Shown here in pieces: positions 1 through 9,257 of a stretch of 64,000 nt of DNA (position 1 is its first letter; each line of letters opens with the position of its first letter). This DNA is from an uncultured Nitrososphaerota archaeon (GTDB lineage: Archaea; Thermoproteota; Nitrososphaeria; Nitrososphaerales; Gagatemarchaeaceae), in assembly GCA_963718895.1 (NCBI GenBank), contig CAVRAG010000004.1, positions 288,001 through 352,000 of the forward strand, read 5' to 3'. Below the pieces are notes generated by a model. That model was not told the DNA's origin. It saw only the letters and a program-made list of their open reading frames with translations, and made no database searches. Both the position numbers and the translations under genes were made by a program.

Positions 1-1
1 G

Positions 2-812
2 GCGCTGCTCTCGTCATACCAGGTGCCCAACCAGGCGCTGCAGGTCTCGATCGGCTTCGCCAGCATCGCCTTCGCGCTGACCCTCGGGTTGGCTCTGGCC
101 ACATTCGTCAAACTATTCGGAATCTCTTTCCTGTCGCGGCCGCGGTCCGGAGAAGCCGAGCGGGCCACCGAGGTCCCCCGAACGATGATCGGCGGCATGG
201 CCGTCGGCGGGCGTGCTCTGTGTCGTGCTGGGCGTGCTGCCGTTCTTGGCGACGTCCGCCATCGCGTCGGCCTTCAATCTGAACCTGGGGCTGACCTCCC
301 CGTACTCCGCGCTCGGTCCCCTCGCCGTGGGTTACACCGCAAACGGCCTGAGCTCCGTCAGCAGCCTCTCGATGCCGACGGTGCTGATTCTCACCGGGTC
401 GGTAGGTGCTGCGCTCTTCGGCTTCGTGGCCCTCGCCGGCTCCGGACGGAAGCCGGTCGTTCGACCGTACCCGACATGGGAGGGTGGTTTCGGTCCACTC
501 AGCGAGAGGACCGAGTACACCGCCACTTCGCTCTCCCAGCCCATCCGCACCGCGTTCAAGGCGTTCTACAGGCCGCACACGAGCATCCATCGCGAGTACA
601 ACGGCTCAAATCGCATGGTCACGAGGTCGGTGAGCGTCGTCTCCGAGACCAGGGAGATATTCGAGGACTACCTCTACTCGCCGATCGTCAGCGGGACCCT
701 GTTCGTCCTCGACAAGGTGCGAAGGATCCAGACGGGCAAGGTGAACTCCTACCTCCTCTACATGATGATAGCGACTGTCTCACTGCTGCTACTGGCGGTG
801 CTCGAGCAATGA
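2..812 (+). CDS. hyfB: Hyf/Ehr antiporter-like membrane subunit (HyfB/NuoL-type), 3' part; frameshift near 205-213
   Basis: Frame from base 2 reads ALTLGLALATFVKLFGISFLSRPRS, and the 213..812 frame continues LCVVLGVLP...EYTATSLSQPIR...IQTGKVNSYLLYM, a typical HyfB C-terminus. Truncated by the window edge. Confidence 0.8.
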
Positions 813-1783
813 TGGTCTACGACTTCGCCCTGAGCGCCGGTCCTGTGGAGGTCGCAGTCATCGGGATTCTGCAGGCTGCCGGCATATTCGCCCTCGCGCC
901 CCTGCTGACGGGCATCATGCGCAAGGTCAAGGCGAAGACCCAGAAGAGGGTCGGGGTGAGTGTCATCCAGCCCTACTATGACCTGCTGAAGCTCCTGAAG
1001 AAGGACGAGGTTGTCTCCGAGCACGCCTCCTGGATCTTCTCCTGGGCGCCGTGGGTCGTCGCAGCCTCGACCATGGCCGCGGCGCTCTTCGTCCCCGTCT
1101 TCGTCCCGTTCAGCCCCGTCAGCTCCGCGGGAGACATCCTGGTCGTGTTGGGCCTGTTCGCCCTCGCGCGCTTCTTCACCATGCTCGCCGGGATCGACAC
1201 TGCCAGCGCGTTCGGTGGCATCGGAGTCAGCCGGGAGATGATGATGTCCTCGCTGGCAGAGCCAGGCCTGTTCCTCACCGTCTTCGTCGTGTCCCTCACC
1301 TTTGGCGGGACGAACCTCACCAGCCTCGTGGGAGCTGCAGCGGTGTCCGGGGTTACCATCGCCCCGAGCCTGCTCTTCGGGCTCATCGCGTTCTTCATCA
1401 TAGCGCTGGCCGAGACGGGGAGGCTGCCGTTCGACAACCCGGCCACCCATCTCGAACTGACCATGGTCCACGAGGCCATGGTGCTCGAGTACTCTGGGAG
1501 GGGTCTGGCCCTCATCCAGTGGTCCCAGTCGATCAAACAGCTGCTCCTGCTCGGGCTCATGGTGGACCTGTTCCTGCCGATCGGGATGCCCGCATCCATA
1601 GACTCGGGCCTGCCTCTCCTAGGCCTCGGCGCCGGCGCCGTCGTCTTCAAGGTGGTCCTCCTCGCGGCGGGCGTCTCCTACCTTGAGACCCGCGTGGCCA
1701 AGTGGAGGCTGTTCAGGCTGCCGGACCTGTTCACGATGGCCATCGCGAGCGCGATGGTCGGGATGGTGCTGTTCTACCTATGA
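809..1783 (+). CDS. hyfC: HyfC/HycD (NuoH-like) membrane subunit
   Basis: QPYYDLLKLLKK, AETGRLPFDNP and ELTMVHEAMVLEYSG motifs. ATG at 809 overlaps the upstream TGA. Confidence 0.9.
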   Translation: MMVYDFALSAGPVEVAVIGILQAAGIFALAPLLTGIMRKVKAKTQKRVGVSVIQPYYDLLKLLKKDEVVSEHASWIFSWAPWVVAASTMAAALFVPVFVPFSPVSSAGDILVVLGLFALARFFTMLAGIDTASAFGGIGVSREMMMSSLAEPGLFLTVFVVSLTFGGTNLTSLVGAAAVSGVTIAPSLLFGLIAFFIIALAETGRLPFDNPATHLELTMVHEAMVLEYSGRGLALIQWSQSIKQLLLLGLMVDLFLPIGMPASIDSGLPLLGLGAGAVVFKVVLLAAGVSYLETRVAKWRLFRLPDLFTMAIASAMVGMVLFYL

Positions 1784-1797
1784 TTGGTGAGATGTAG

Positions 1798-2469
1798 TTG
1801 CAGATAGGACAACCCGACATAGTCGCGTTCTCCTCGGTGGCTCTCCTTGTCTCGACCTTCGGCGTGGTCGTCCGACGGAGCTTCGCGGGCTGGCTGAGCG
1901 CCTACCGGTACCAGTCGGTGGTCCTCGCCGGCTCGACCGGGCTCATCGCCTACGCGACGGGCGTCTGGGAGATATACGCGGCGGCCGTCCTCACCCTGCT
2001 GATCAAGGCCATCGTGATTCCGAGGCTGCTGGTCCGGGTCACAGAGGGGGTGAATGACGAGTTCAAGATCGAAGCGAACCCGTACGTGAGTATAAGGCTC
2101 TCCGTCTTGGTCTCGGCCCTCTTGGTCGCCCTCTCCTACGCCCTCGTCCAGGAGACCCTGCCGTCAGCGGGGCTGGACGCCCTGGCCGCGGCCTACCTGC
2201 CAATCTCGCTCTCCCTCTTCTTCATCGGGCTCTTCGTCATGGTCAGCAGGAGGATGGCACTCAACCAGGTGGTCGGCCTCCTCATCATCGAGAACGGCCT
2301 CTTCCTCTTCACCACGGCGCTGACGAGCGGCGTCTCCCTCATAATCGAGGTCGGGATCCTGGCCGACATCCTGGTCGGCGTGATGATCTCCGTTCTGCTC
2401 CTAATCAGGATGACCCGGACCTACGACACTCTCGACATCGGCCGTCTGGAGAAGCTCAAGGATGATTGA
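1798..2469 (+). CDS. hyfE: HyfE-like membrane subunit
   Basis: Hydrophobic 223 aa with QVVGLLIIENGLFL. Position in the hyf operon; TTG start. Confidence 0.85.
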   Translation: MQIGQPDIVAFSSVALLVSTFGVVVRRSFAGWLSAYRYQSVVLAGSTGLIAYATGVWEIYAAAVLTLLIKAIVIPRLLVRVTEGVNDEFKIEANPYVSIRLSVLVSALLVALSYALVQETLPSAGLDALAAAYLPISLSLFFIGLFVMVSRRMALNQVVGLLIIENGLFLFTTALTSGVSLIIEVGILADILVGVMISVLLLIRMTRTYDTLDIGRLEKLKDD

Positions 2470-2475
2470 TCGGTC

Positions 2476-4029
2476 GTGTGGTGGTCGAACTTGCTGACCG
2501 TCGCTGGTCTGGTCCTCCCGTCGGGCTGGGGGGCCGTCCTTCTCACCATCATCTTGACCCCTGCCGTCTCGGCCGTGCTGGTGACCCTCACGCACAGGAA
2601 GAGGTGGGCCGAGGCCATCACGCTCGCCTCCGTAATGCTGGTGGGCCTCCAGGCCCTAGGGTTGGTAGCGGGCGTAATCGTTGGCAGGCAGGTCTCCGCC
2701 TTCGGCGAGATCCTGTACCTCGACGCGTTCGGCGCCCTGATCCTGATTCCGATAGCAGGCGTCGGATTCGTCGCCGCCCTCTACTCCATCAACTACATGG
2801 GGAGGCAGTACGACCGCGGCATCGTCGACGACCGGCACATAGTCAGGTACTACCAGGGATTCAACGGGTTCATGCTCACCATGCTCGTCGTCCCGCTTGC
2901 GAACGACATGGGGCTCATGTGGGTCGCAATCGAGGCGACCACTCTCGTCTCCGTCTTCATGATAATGCTCTACACGACCGAGGGGGCCATCGAGGCCGCC
3001 TGGAAGTACCTGACGATCGCCACGGTGGGGCTGTCCCTCGCCCTGCTCGGCATAGTCCTCTTCTCGTACGCGAACACCTCGGCATCGCCCTCGGCCTCAG
3101 GGATGGACTGGACGAGCATGGTCGCCAACTCGGCACTCCTCAACCCGGGGATCGTCAAGGTTGCCTATGTCTTCGTCCTTGTGGGCCTTGGAACGAAGGC
3201 CGGCCTCGCCCCTATGCACACGTGGCTCCCGGACGCCCACGGAGAGGCCCCGACCCCCGTCAGCGCGCTGCTCTCAGGCGTCCTACTGAACTGCGCCATC
3301 TACGGCGTGCTGAGGTTCTATATCGTAGCGTCCGGCACGCTGGGACCGGCATTCCCAGGCCAGCTGCTCATCCTGCTCGGCCTGCTTTCCATGGGCATAG
3401 CGGCGGCATCCATCTACTTCCAGAAAGACATGAAGAGGATGCTAGCGTACTCGAGTGTCGAGCACATGGGGATAGTCTCACTGGCGGTGGGCTTTGGAGG
3501 CTTTCTGGGGCTCTTCGCCGCCCTGCTCCACATAATCAACCACGCCATTGCGAAGCCCCTGATGTTCTTCGCGAGCGGCACGGTGAGCCAGAGGTACGGG
3601 ACCAAGGTGATGGCAGAAATCAAGGGGATCATCAGGGTCATGCCGGTCACGGGCGCCATGCTCCTCCTCGGAGGCCTGGCCATAGCCGGGATGCCCCCGT
3701 TCAACGTATTCCTGAGCGAGTTCCTCGTGATGACGGATGGATTCGGCACGGGACAGTTCTTGATCACCCCGATAATGATCATCCTCCTCGTGGTCGTCTT
3801 CGCGGGGTTCTTGCGGCACCTCGTGCCTATGGTGTTCGGGAACCCGGCCACCGGGAAGGCGGTCCCCTCCGAGAAGGGTTTGGGAACCGACGGCATGGGG
3901 GTGCTCGCGGTGGCCCCGATGCTAATCCTGGCGTCGCTGGTGATAGTCCTCGGATTCTTTGTCCCCCAGCCTCTGCAGACCCTCATCCGCGACGCGACGC
4001 AGGTGTTCAGCCAGGGGGCGGCATCCTAG
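2476..4029 (+). CDS. hyfF: HyfF antiporter-like membrane subunit
   Basis: MWVAIEATT, EAAWKY, GTKAGLAPMHTWLPDAHGEAPTPVSALLSG and KRMLAYSSVEHMG motifs. Confidence 0.9.
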   Translation: MWWSNLLTVAGLVLPSGWGAVLLTIILTPAVSAVLVTLTHRKRWAEAITLASVMLVGLQALGLVAGVIVGRQVSAFGEILYLDAFGALILIPIAGVGFVAALYSINYMGRQYDRGIVDDRHIVRYYQGFNGFMLTMLVVPLANDMGLMWVAIEATTLVSVFMIMLYTTEGAIEAAWKYLTIATVGLSLALLGIVLFSYANTSASPSASGMDWTSMVANSALLNPGIVKVAYVFVLVGLGTKAGLAPMHTWLPDAHGEAPTPVSALLSGVLLNCAIYGVLRFYIVASGTLGPAFPGQLLILLGLLSMGIAAASIYFQKDMKRMLAYSSVEHMGIVSLAVGFGGFLGLFAALLHIINHAIAKPLMFFASGTVSQRYGTKVMAEIKGIIRVMPVTGAMLLLGGLAIAGMPPFNVFLSEFLVMTDGFGTGQFLITPIMIILLVVVFAGFLRHLVPMVFGNPATGKAVPSEKGLGTDGMGVLAVAPMLILASLVIVLGFFVPQPLQTLIRDATQVFSQGAAS

Positions 4030-5696
4030 TGGCGGGGCAGACAGGGGTCGCTGGCTGCGAGGCGAAGCTGCGCGCCCGATTCACGATGGGGACGAATTCC
4101 ATTCGGCTGCTAAACGGAAACGAACTTCACTTCAGGATTAGTAGGAGGGAAGAGCTCCCGGACGTGTGCGCCTACGTGTACGATGAACTGAAAGGCGTCC
4201 TGGCGACGGTCGTCTGTTCCGACGAGAGGCGCCTCAGTGGAGAGTTCGTCCTCAGGTACGCCTTCGGCATCGGCGGTGAGGACCTCTTCATCGTGGTCGA
4301 GGCGGGGGTCGAGCAGGGTCACCCCGACTCGCCTTCCTCCTTCCCGAGCGTGGCGACCCGTCTGCCGGCCGCGACCCTCTATGAGCGGGAGGTTAGGGAC
4401 ATGTTCGGCCTTGTGCCAGAGGGCCATCCGGACGTGAGGCCGATGGTGCTTCACGAACAATGGCCCCACCGCGCGCATCCCCTGAGGAAGGACTTCGAGA
4501 TGGGCACCAAAGTAGGCAGGGTCACGGACCGTCCATACGAGTTCCTCAGGGTGGACGGAGAGGGCGTCTCCGAGATCCCGGTAGGCCCAGTCCACGCGGG
4601 GATAATCGAGCCCGGCCACTTCAGGTTCAGCACTCTCGGCGACACCATAGTCAACCTGGAGACGCGACTCTACTACACGCACAGGGGGGTCGAGAAGCTA
4701 TCGGAGTCGATGAAGCTGGACCATATCCTCCTTGTCAGCGAGCGAATATCCGGCGACGAGGCGGTGGCGAACTCGACGGCCTACTGCCAGGCCATCGAGA
4801 AGATCGCTGGAGTGACCCCACCACGAAGGGCGCTCCAGATTAGGGCCGTCTGCGCAGAGATGGAACGCATGTACAACCACATCGGCACGGTTGCAGGACT
4901 CTCGACCGATGTGGGGTTCGCCTACGGCTCCGCCAGGCTCAGCATCTTGAAGGAGAGGATGATGCGGCTGAACGAAGAGGTTGCGGGGAGCCGGCTCCTC
5001 TTCGGCGTCAACAGGCTGGGTGGGGTTGGCGTAGACCTGACCGAGGAGAAGGCCGGGCGAGTGCTTGCCGAGGTCGACGCAGTGCTGGGAGATTTCAAGC
5101 GTGTGGTGTCCGTCCTGAGGAACGATTCGTCAGTCATGGACAGGTTGAGGGGAACAGGGGCGATATCCTCCGCCGTCGCCCTGGAGTTGGGTCTGGTGGG
5201 GGTCGCTGCGAGAGCGTCGGGCGTGGACATCGACGTGAGGAGAGACCATCCCTACGGCGCCTACCGCTCTCTTCGTGTCGACTCGCACCACGACACCGGG
5301 GAGCGCGCGGCCCACTACGAGACCGAGATGAAGAGGAGAAGGGGAGACGTGCTTGCGCGCTTTGAGGTGAGGGTCGAGGAGGTCGACAACTCGGCAGCGG
5401 TCGTGAGAGAAGTGCTGCAGGACCTCGACGGTGGGCGGGAGCTAGTGGTCCCTCTAGCGAAGGACGCGCTCAAACCCTACGCCCACGCACTGGGCTATGC
5501 GGAGTCCCACAGGGGCCAGACCGTCCACTGGGCGATGATCGGGGAAGACCGGGACTCGCTCTTCCGCTACAAGGTGAGGACGGCGTCGTTCGCCAACTGG
5601 CCGGCGATAGAGACAGCTGTGCTCAATGACATAGTCGCTGATTTCCCTCTCGTGAACAAGAGCTTGGACCTGTCCTACGCAGGGAACGACCTGTGA
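4029..5696 (+). CDS. hyfG: HyfG/NuoCD-like large subunit lacking NiFe ligands (EhrL)
   Basis: YEREVRDMFG, HPLRKDF and VGPVHAGIIEPGHFRF motifs. The L1/L2 sites read ERISGDEAVAN and NKSLDLSYAGNDL, with no CxxC. GTG at 4029 overlaps the hyfF stop. Confidence 0.9.
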   Translation: MAGQTGVAGCEAKLRARFTMGTNSIRLLNGNELHFRISRREELPDVCAYVYDELKGVLATVVCSDERRLSGEFVLRYAFGIGGEDLFIVVEAGVEQGHPDSPSSFPSVATRLPAATLYEREVRDMFGLVPEGHPDVRPMVLHEQWPHRAHPLRKDFEMGTKVGRVTDRPYEFLRVDGEGVSEIPVGPVHAGIIEPGHFRFSTLGDTIVNLETRLYYTHRGVEKLSESMKLDHILLVSERISGDEAVANSTAYCQAIEKIAGVTPPRRALQIRAVCAEMERMYNHIGTVAGLSTDVGFAYGSARLSILKERMMRLNEEVAGSRLLFGVNRLGGVGVDLTEEKAGRVLAEVDAVLGDFKRVVSVLRNDSSVMDRLRGTGAISSAVALELGLVGVAARASGVDIDVRRDHPYGAYRSLRVDSHHDTGERAAHYETEMKRRRGDVLARFEVRVEEVDNSAAVVREVLQDLDGGRELVVPLAKDALKPYAHALGYAESHRGQTVHWAMIGEDRDSLFRYKVRTASFANWPAIETAVLNDIVADFPLVNKSLDLSYAGNDL

Positions 5697-6514
5697 TTGA
5701 CATGGACAAGTCTAGAGACATCCTCAGCAATGCGGTCGAGACCGACAGGGACGTACTCAACGGGGAAAGGTCGGTCTCAGGCTTTCGCGGAGACGTGTCG
5801 CTGGTGCCGCAGTCACCTGGCTTTGTAGCAGACCTTGAACTGTACGGGCAGCTGAAGAAAGTCTGCGCACCAAATGCGATTGCGGAGATTCCGGGCGAAC
5901 TCGGCCCCCAGCTTACACTCGACAAGGGCAGGTGCATAATGTGTGGGATGTGCAAGCAGGTCGCGCCCCAGCTAATCGTTGTCTCTGAGCACTTCGCCGC
6001 GCCCGTGAGAAGACAAAGAGAGCTCGTCGTCGCACAGATACCGGAGCCTCCTGACGGCGGCACCCGGCTCCAGCCCGATGAGATAGGGAGACAGCTGAAG
6101 GAGAAGGTGGTGCAGGCGCTCGGGAGATCGCTGGCGGTAAGGGAGGTAGATGCGGGCTCCTGCAATGGGTGCGAGGTCGAGGTCTCTGCGCTTAACAACC
6201 CGGTCTACGATGTCGAGAGATTCGGCGTGCACTTCGTAGCCTCTCCGCGCCATGCGGACGTCCTGTTGGTCACCGGGGTAGGTTCCAGGAACATGGAACT
6301 CGCCCTGAAGAGGGCGTTCGAGGCTACGCCGGACCCGAAGGTCGTTGTCGCTGCGGGAGCCTGCGCCTGTTCGGGAGGGTTGTTTGGGGATACGTATGCC
6401 ACAACAGGTGGGGTCGGAGGGATTGTGCCAGTTGATGTGTTCGTCCCCGGGTGCCCTCCGAGGCCTGAAGCGTTGCTGTATGGGCTACTCCTCGCGGTCG
6501 ATAGAATCCAGTAG
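5693..6514 (+). CDS. hyfI: Ferredoxin-NuoB fusion small subunit (HyfH/HyfI-like, EhrS)
   Basis: CIMCGMC, AGSCNGCE, ASPRHADVLLVTG, GACACSGG and VPGCPPRP motifs. Confidence 0.88.
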   Translation: MIDMDKSRDILSNAVETDRDVLNGERSVSGFRGDVSLVPQSPGFVADLELYGQLKKVCAPNAIAEIPGELGPQLTLDKGRCIMCGMCKQVAPQLIVVSEHFAAPVRRQRELVVAQIPEPPDGGTRLQPDEIGRQLKEKVVQALGRSLAVREVDAGSCNGCEVEVSALNNPVYDVERFGVHFVASPRHADVLLVTGVGSRNMELALKRAFEATPDPKVVVAAGACACSGGLFGDTYATTGGVGGIVPVDVFVPGCPPRPEALLYGLLLAVDRIQ

Positions 6515-6842
6515 CGCGTCTGGATTACGCGAGCATCCCAAGAAGGTTCGCCAAAAAAATCGTTCAAGAAAGAGTGGCGGATATGAATACCCCATTTCAC
6601 TTTGTCCAAGATTCTGTCTCAATTCTTACTCGGCTACCAATTCTAATGCCAAGCCGACCCACTTCAAACTCCCGGATTGATGGCGGATTCCAATGAACTC
6701 TTCCCGGCTTCTACGTGCGAACCGCGCCGAGGCCCGAGGCCCTTTGATAGGCCCCTTGTCCGTCGAGGCGCGACTATACGGTTAAGATAATGGGACGCGT
6801 TCGATCATCAACCCGAAGTGGCTAGCCTGACTACACTGCCTG

Positions 6843-7472
6843 CTATCCAGCCACCAAGTTGAACCCGGACGCCCCCGAGTACAGCTCGCCTACGTAGGGA
6901 ACTCCTGAACCCGAGACCAGAACCATCTGAACCATGACGCTCGTGCTTCCCACGGTCTCGGGCGTCGCTGTGTTACCGTAGGACAGACCCACGCTGTAGA
7001 TCGCGGATGGGTCGCCGGAAGCCGGGAAGCCTGAGAGCGTCAAGACGGCTCCTGAAACCTCAGAAGGGCCTCCAGTGTAGTTGACGTTCTTCGTGTCGAG
7101 CGCGGGATAGTTTCCCGTGTAATAGCTGAACTGGCTCATCCAGACCTTGGCGGGGTACGGCCCGATTGAGAAGGTGAGGTTTAGTCCCTGGACGCTGAAT
7201 CCTGTTGCATGCCATACCTTGAACCCAAAGGCGGCCGCGTTCCCGGTTGAGTTCGCGGTCAGAAGTCGCGCCGTCGAGTAGTTGAACTCTGCAAGCAGCA
7301 CTCCGGACGCGCTCTTGAAGTAGAGAGTGCTCCATCCCGGGCTCGGAGACCCGGCGAAGCTGGCCGACATGGTGTTATGAGATTGATACACCTGATAGCC
7401 AAACGCGTAGGCCGAACCGAGAAAGAGGAGAACCACTACCACCACGATTGGGACTAGGAGTTTCCTTCTCAA
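6843..7472 (-). CDS. Exported/membrane-anchored hypothetical protein
   Basis: Basic N-terminus plus hydrophobic helix (MRRKLLVPIVVVVVLLF), then a beta-rich domain with N-x-S/T sequons. Confidence 0.7.
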   Translation of the reverse strand: MRRKLLVPIVVVVVLLFLGSAYAFGYQVYQSHNTMSASFAGSPSPGWSTLYFKSASGVLLAEFNYSTARLLTANSTGNAAAFGFKVWHATGFSVQGLNLTFSIGPYPAKVWMSQFSYYTGNYPALDTKNVNYTGGPSEVSGAVLTLSGFPASGDPSAIYSVGLSYGNTATPETVGSTSVMVQMVLVSGSGVPYVGELYSGASGFNLVAG

Positions 7473-7502
7473 TTCCCTTCAGATTGGCCGGCTTGACTCG
7501 TC

Positions 7503-7522
7503 GATTTACGCTTTTGTCCGAA
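7503..7522 (-). promoter_or_regulatory. Conserved 20-bp accessory-gene element
   Basis: Minus strand TTCGGACAAAAGCGTAAATC, about 30 nt before TTG 7472. Confidence 0.6.
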
Positions 7523-7525
7523 CGC

Positions 7526-8665
7526 CTAGCCCGGTGGAGATGCTGTTACAGTGAAGGGAAGGATGACGCTGTCACCGAATGCGTCGAAGGCGACCATCGT
7601 GTAGTGGCCCGGGCTGAAGTGCTGGAACCCTGAGATCCCTTGTATCTGCGTATTTCCTTGACGGGGAATGCTCCAGTATCCTCCTATGTTGATGGTCGTG
7701 CTCAGCGCCTGGGAGGCGGCGAAGTCGTATACCGGAGCTCCGATGGATAAGCACAGCAAAGTGATTTGGCCGGTGCCGGCCGACGTGTTGGTGATCGAGA
7801 CGGAGAAGTGGATTGGGACGCCGTTTGACGGATCGTTCAGCAGCAAGGGGTCTCCAGACGAGTTGTAGACCATCACGAAGGCGGGCACCGGCGCGTCCAG
7901 CGGAGACAGCCCGCAGAACGGGATGTTCGGAAGGGTGTAGTACCAATAGCCCCCGTTGTTCGGGTTCGCGCCGTAGGGCAGAAGGGGATAGCCCGTGGTG
8001 TTGAGCTGCCTCGGGGCGTTCAGGTTGTTCTGCAACGAGAGCGAGATGGTCAGGTTGGTCCCCGAAGGCACCGTCGTGTTCCCCATCCCGAGGGACAGCG
8101 TCAGGCTCTCCTGGCAGTTCGTGTCGTGGGCCGACGGGCTGTTCGCAATCGACCCGCCAAGATCGCAGAGTTGCCCTTGGGTTATGACCTGGGTCACAGT
8201 GGTGGTAGTCGTCGTTGTCGTGGTCGTTACCAGGGGGATAGTTGTAGTACGTGAATCGAGGCCCTGAATCTGGTTGTACTCTATCGCCGACGCCGCGGCG
8301 AGGACGATCAGCACCACAACCAAGCCCGCAAGTATGGTATTCAGGTGCGGCACACGAATTGAGGGCCGCTGGAACGGACCACCCTCGCTCTGGTTCCTGC
8401 TCGCCTCCACAATCTGGAGAGCCTCCCTGCCTTCATCCGTGAGAGCATAGCTGCCTTCAGGGTTGAGCCTTACGAGGTCCCTCATCTTCCCAAGGTGGAA
8501 GGTGAGGAGGCCGTTGCTCTCCATGCCGGCCGCCCGCTTCAACTCCGAGTAGGCGAGAGGTTTGGCCGCCAGCTCCCGCAAAATCCGGATCCTCGTGGGA
8601 TGCCCGAGGGCTTCGAATACCTCCGCCTTGGAGGAGTTGAACGAGTCGTCGCTGTTCTCGGTCAT
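7526..8665 (-). CDS. ArsR-family wHTH - TM - Thr linker - extracytoplasmic domain (membrane-tethered regulator)
   Basis: N-terminal FEALGHPTRIRIL...SELKR...LTFHLGKM..YALT, single TM (ILAGLVVVLIVLAAA), poly-Thr linker, Cys-containing C-terminal domain. Confidence 0.8.
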   Translation of the reverse strand: MTENSDDSFNSSKAEVFEALGHPTRIRILRELAAKPLAYSELKRAAGMESNGLLTFHLGKMRDLVRLNPEGSYALTDEGREALQIVEASRNQSEGGPFQRPSIRVPHLNTILAGLVVVLIVLAAASAIEYNQIQGLDSRTTTIPLVTTTTTTTTTTVTQVITQGQLCDLGGSIANSPSAHDTNCQESLTLSLGMGNTTVPSGTNLTISLSLQNNLNAPRQLNTTGYPLLPYGANPNNGGYWYYTLPNIPFCGLSPLDAPVPAFVMVYNSSGDPLLLNDPSNGVPIHFSVSITNTSAGTGQITLLCLSIGAPVYDFAASQALSTTINIGGYWSIPRQGNTQIQGISGFQHFSPGHYTMVAFDAFGDSVILPFTVTASPPG

Positions 8666-8815
8666 CGCATTCCACGCTGGAGAGAAGATGATTCAGTTGG
8701 GATATAATCCCTCGGTCGTTGTCCAACCGCCGTCGGATGTTCTGGTCTTTGATTCTACAGGACAAGAGTCGTTGTCTAAGGTGAAGGGGTTCATTGCGCC
8801 TCCGCCGGGGCATCT

Positions 8816-9079
8816 TCACCAGTGAGGGTACGCACAGTTCCAGACGGAGTTCGACGTCAAAGACGGTTCTGGAAGACCGACTCCGCTGCCGCTGGGAACT
8901 TGGAGAAAATATCCGCCTACCGCGGCTCCGCACTGGAAGAGCGCGAACGAGGGTGAGACCCAGCCGATGTCCTGCGCGCCCGAACCTGCGTTCCTTCCGA
9001 CGGTCTGTACGAACGGGACAAAGATGAAGACGGCTATCACGATGACCGCGACAATTCCCCAGAGACGCCGGCTTCGCAT
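8816..9079 (-). CDS. Small membrane-anchored protein with Cys pair
   Basis: 87 aa. TM ends in FVPFV, followed by SPSFALFQCG; resembles 14744 and 16301. Confidence 0.6.
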   Translation of the reverse strand: MRSRRLWGIVAVIVIAVFIFVPFVQTVGRNAGSGAQDIGWVSPSFALFQCGAAVGGYFLQVPSGSGVGLPEPSLTSNSVWNCAYPHW

Positions 9080-9101
9080 ACATCCGCCAATGAGAATCTG
9101 T

Positions 9102-9121
9102 GACTAATACGCTTGTCAGAA
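9102..9121 (-). promoter_or_regulatory. Conserved 20-bp accessory-gene element
   Basis: Minus strand TTCTGACAAGCGTATTAGTC, about 22 nt before ATG 9079. Confidence 0.55.
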
Positions 9122-9257
9122 CGCTAGAACCCTCTGTAGCAGCTTGTTTGGTTGGATGCCTAAGAAAGGCATGCCACGCGTGGGGTTAGTTGCACCTCCG
9201 CAAGGGTATGCAACACAGTCGCCGCGTTGCTCATCCTTGAGCACCTGTTCCGCCGTA

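Noticed and set aside
23-5696. Long ORFs 23..1783 (586 aa) and 2466..5696 (1076 aa) as fusion proteins
   Set aside because: Their N-terminal extensions are off-frame read-throughs overlapping hyfB and hyfF. The real genes start at 809 and 4029.
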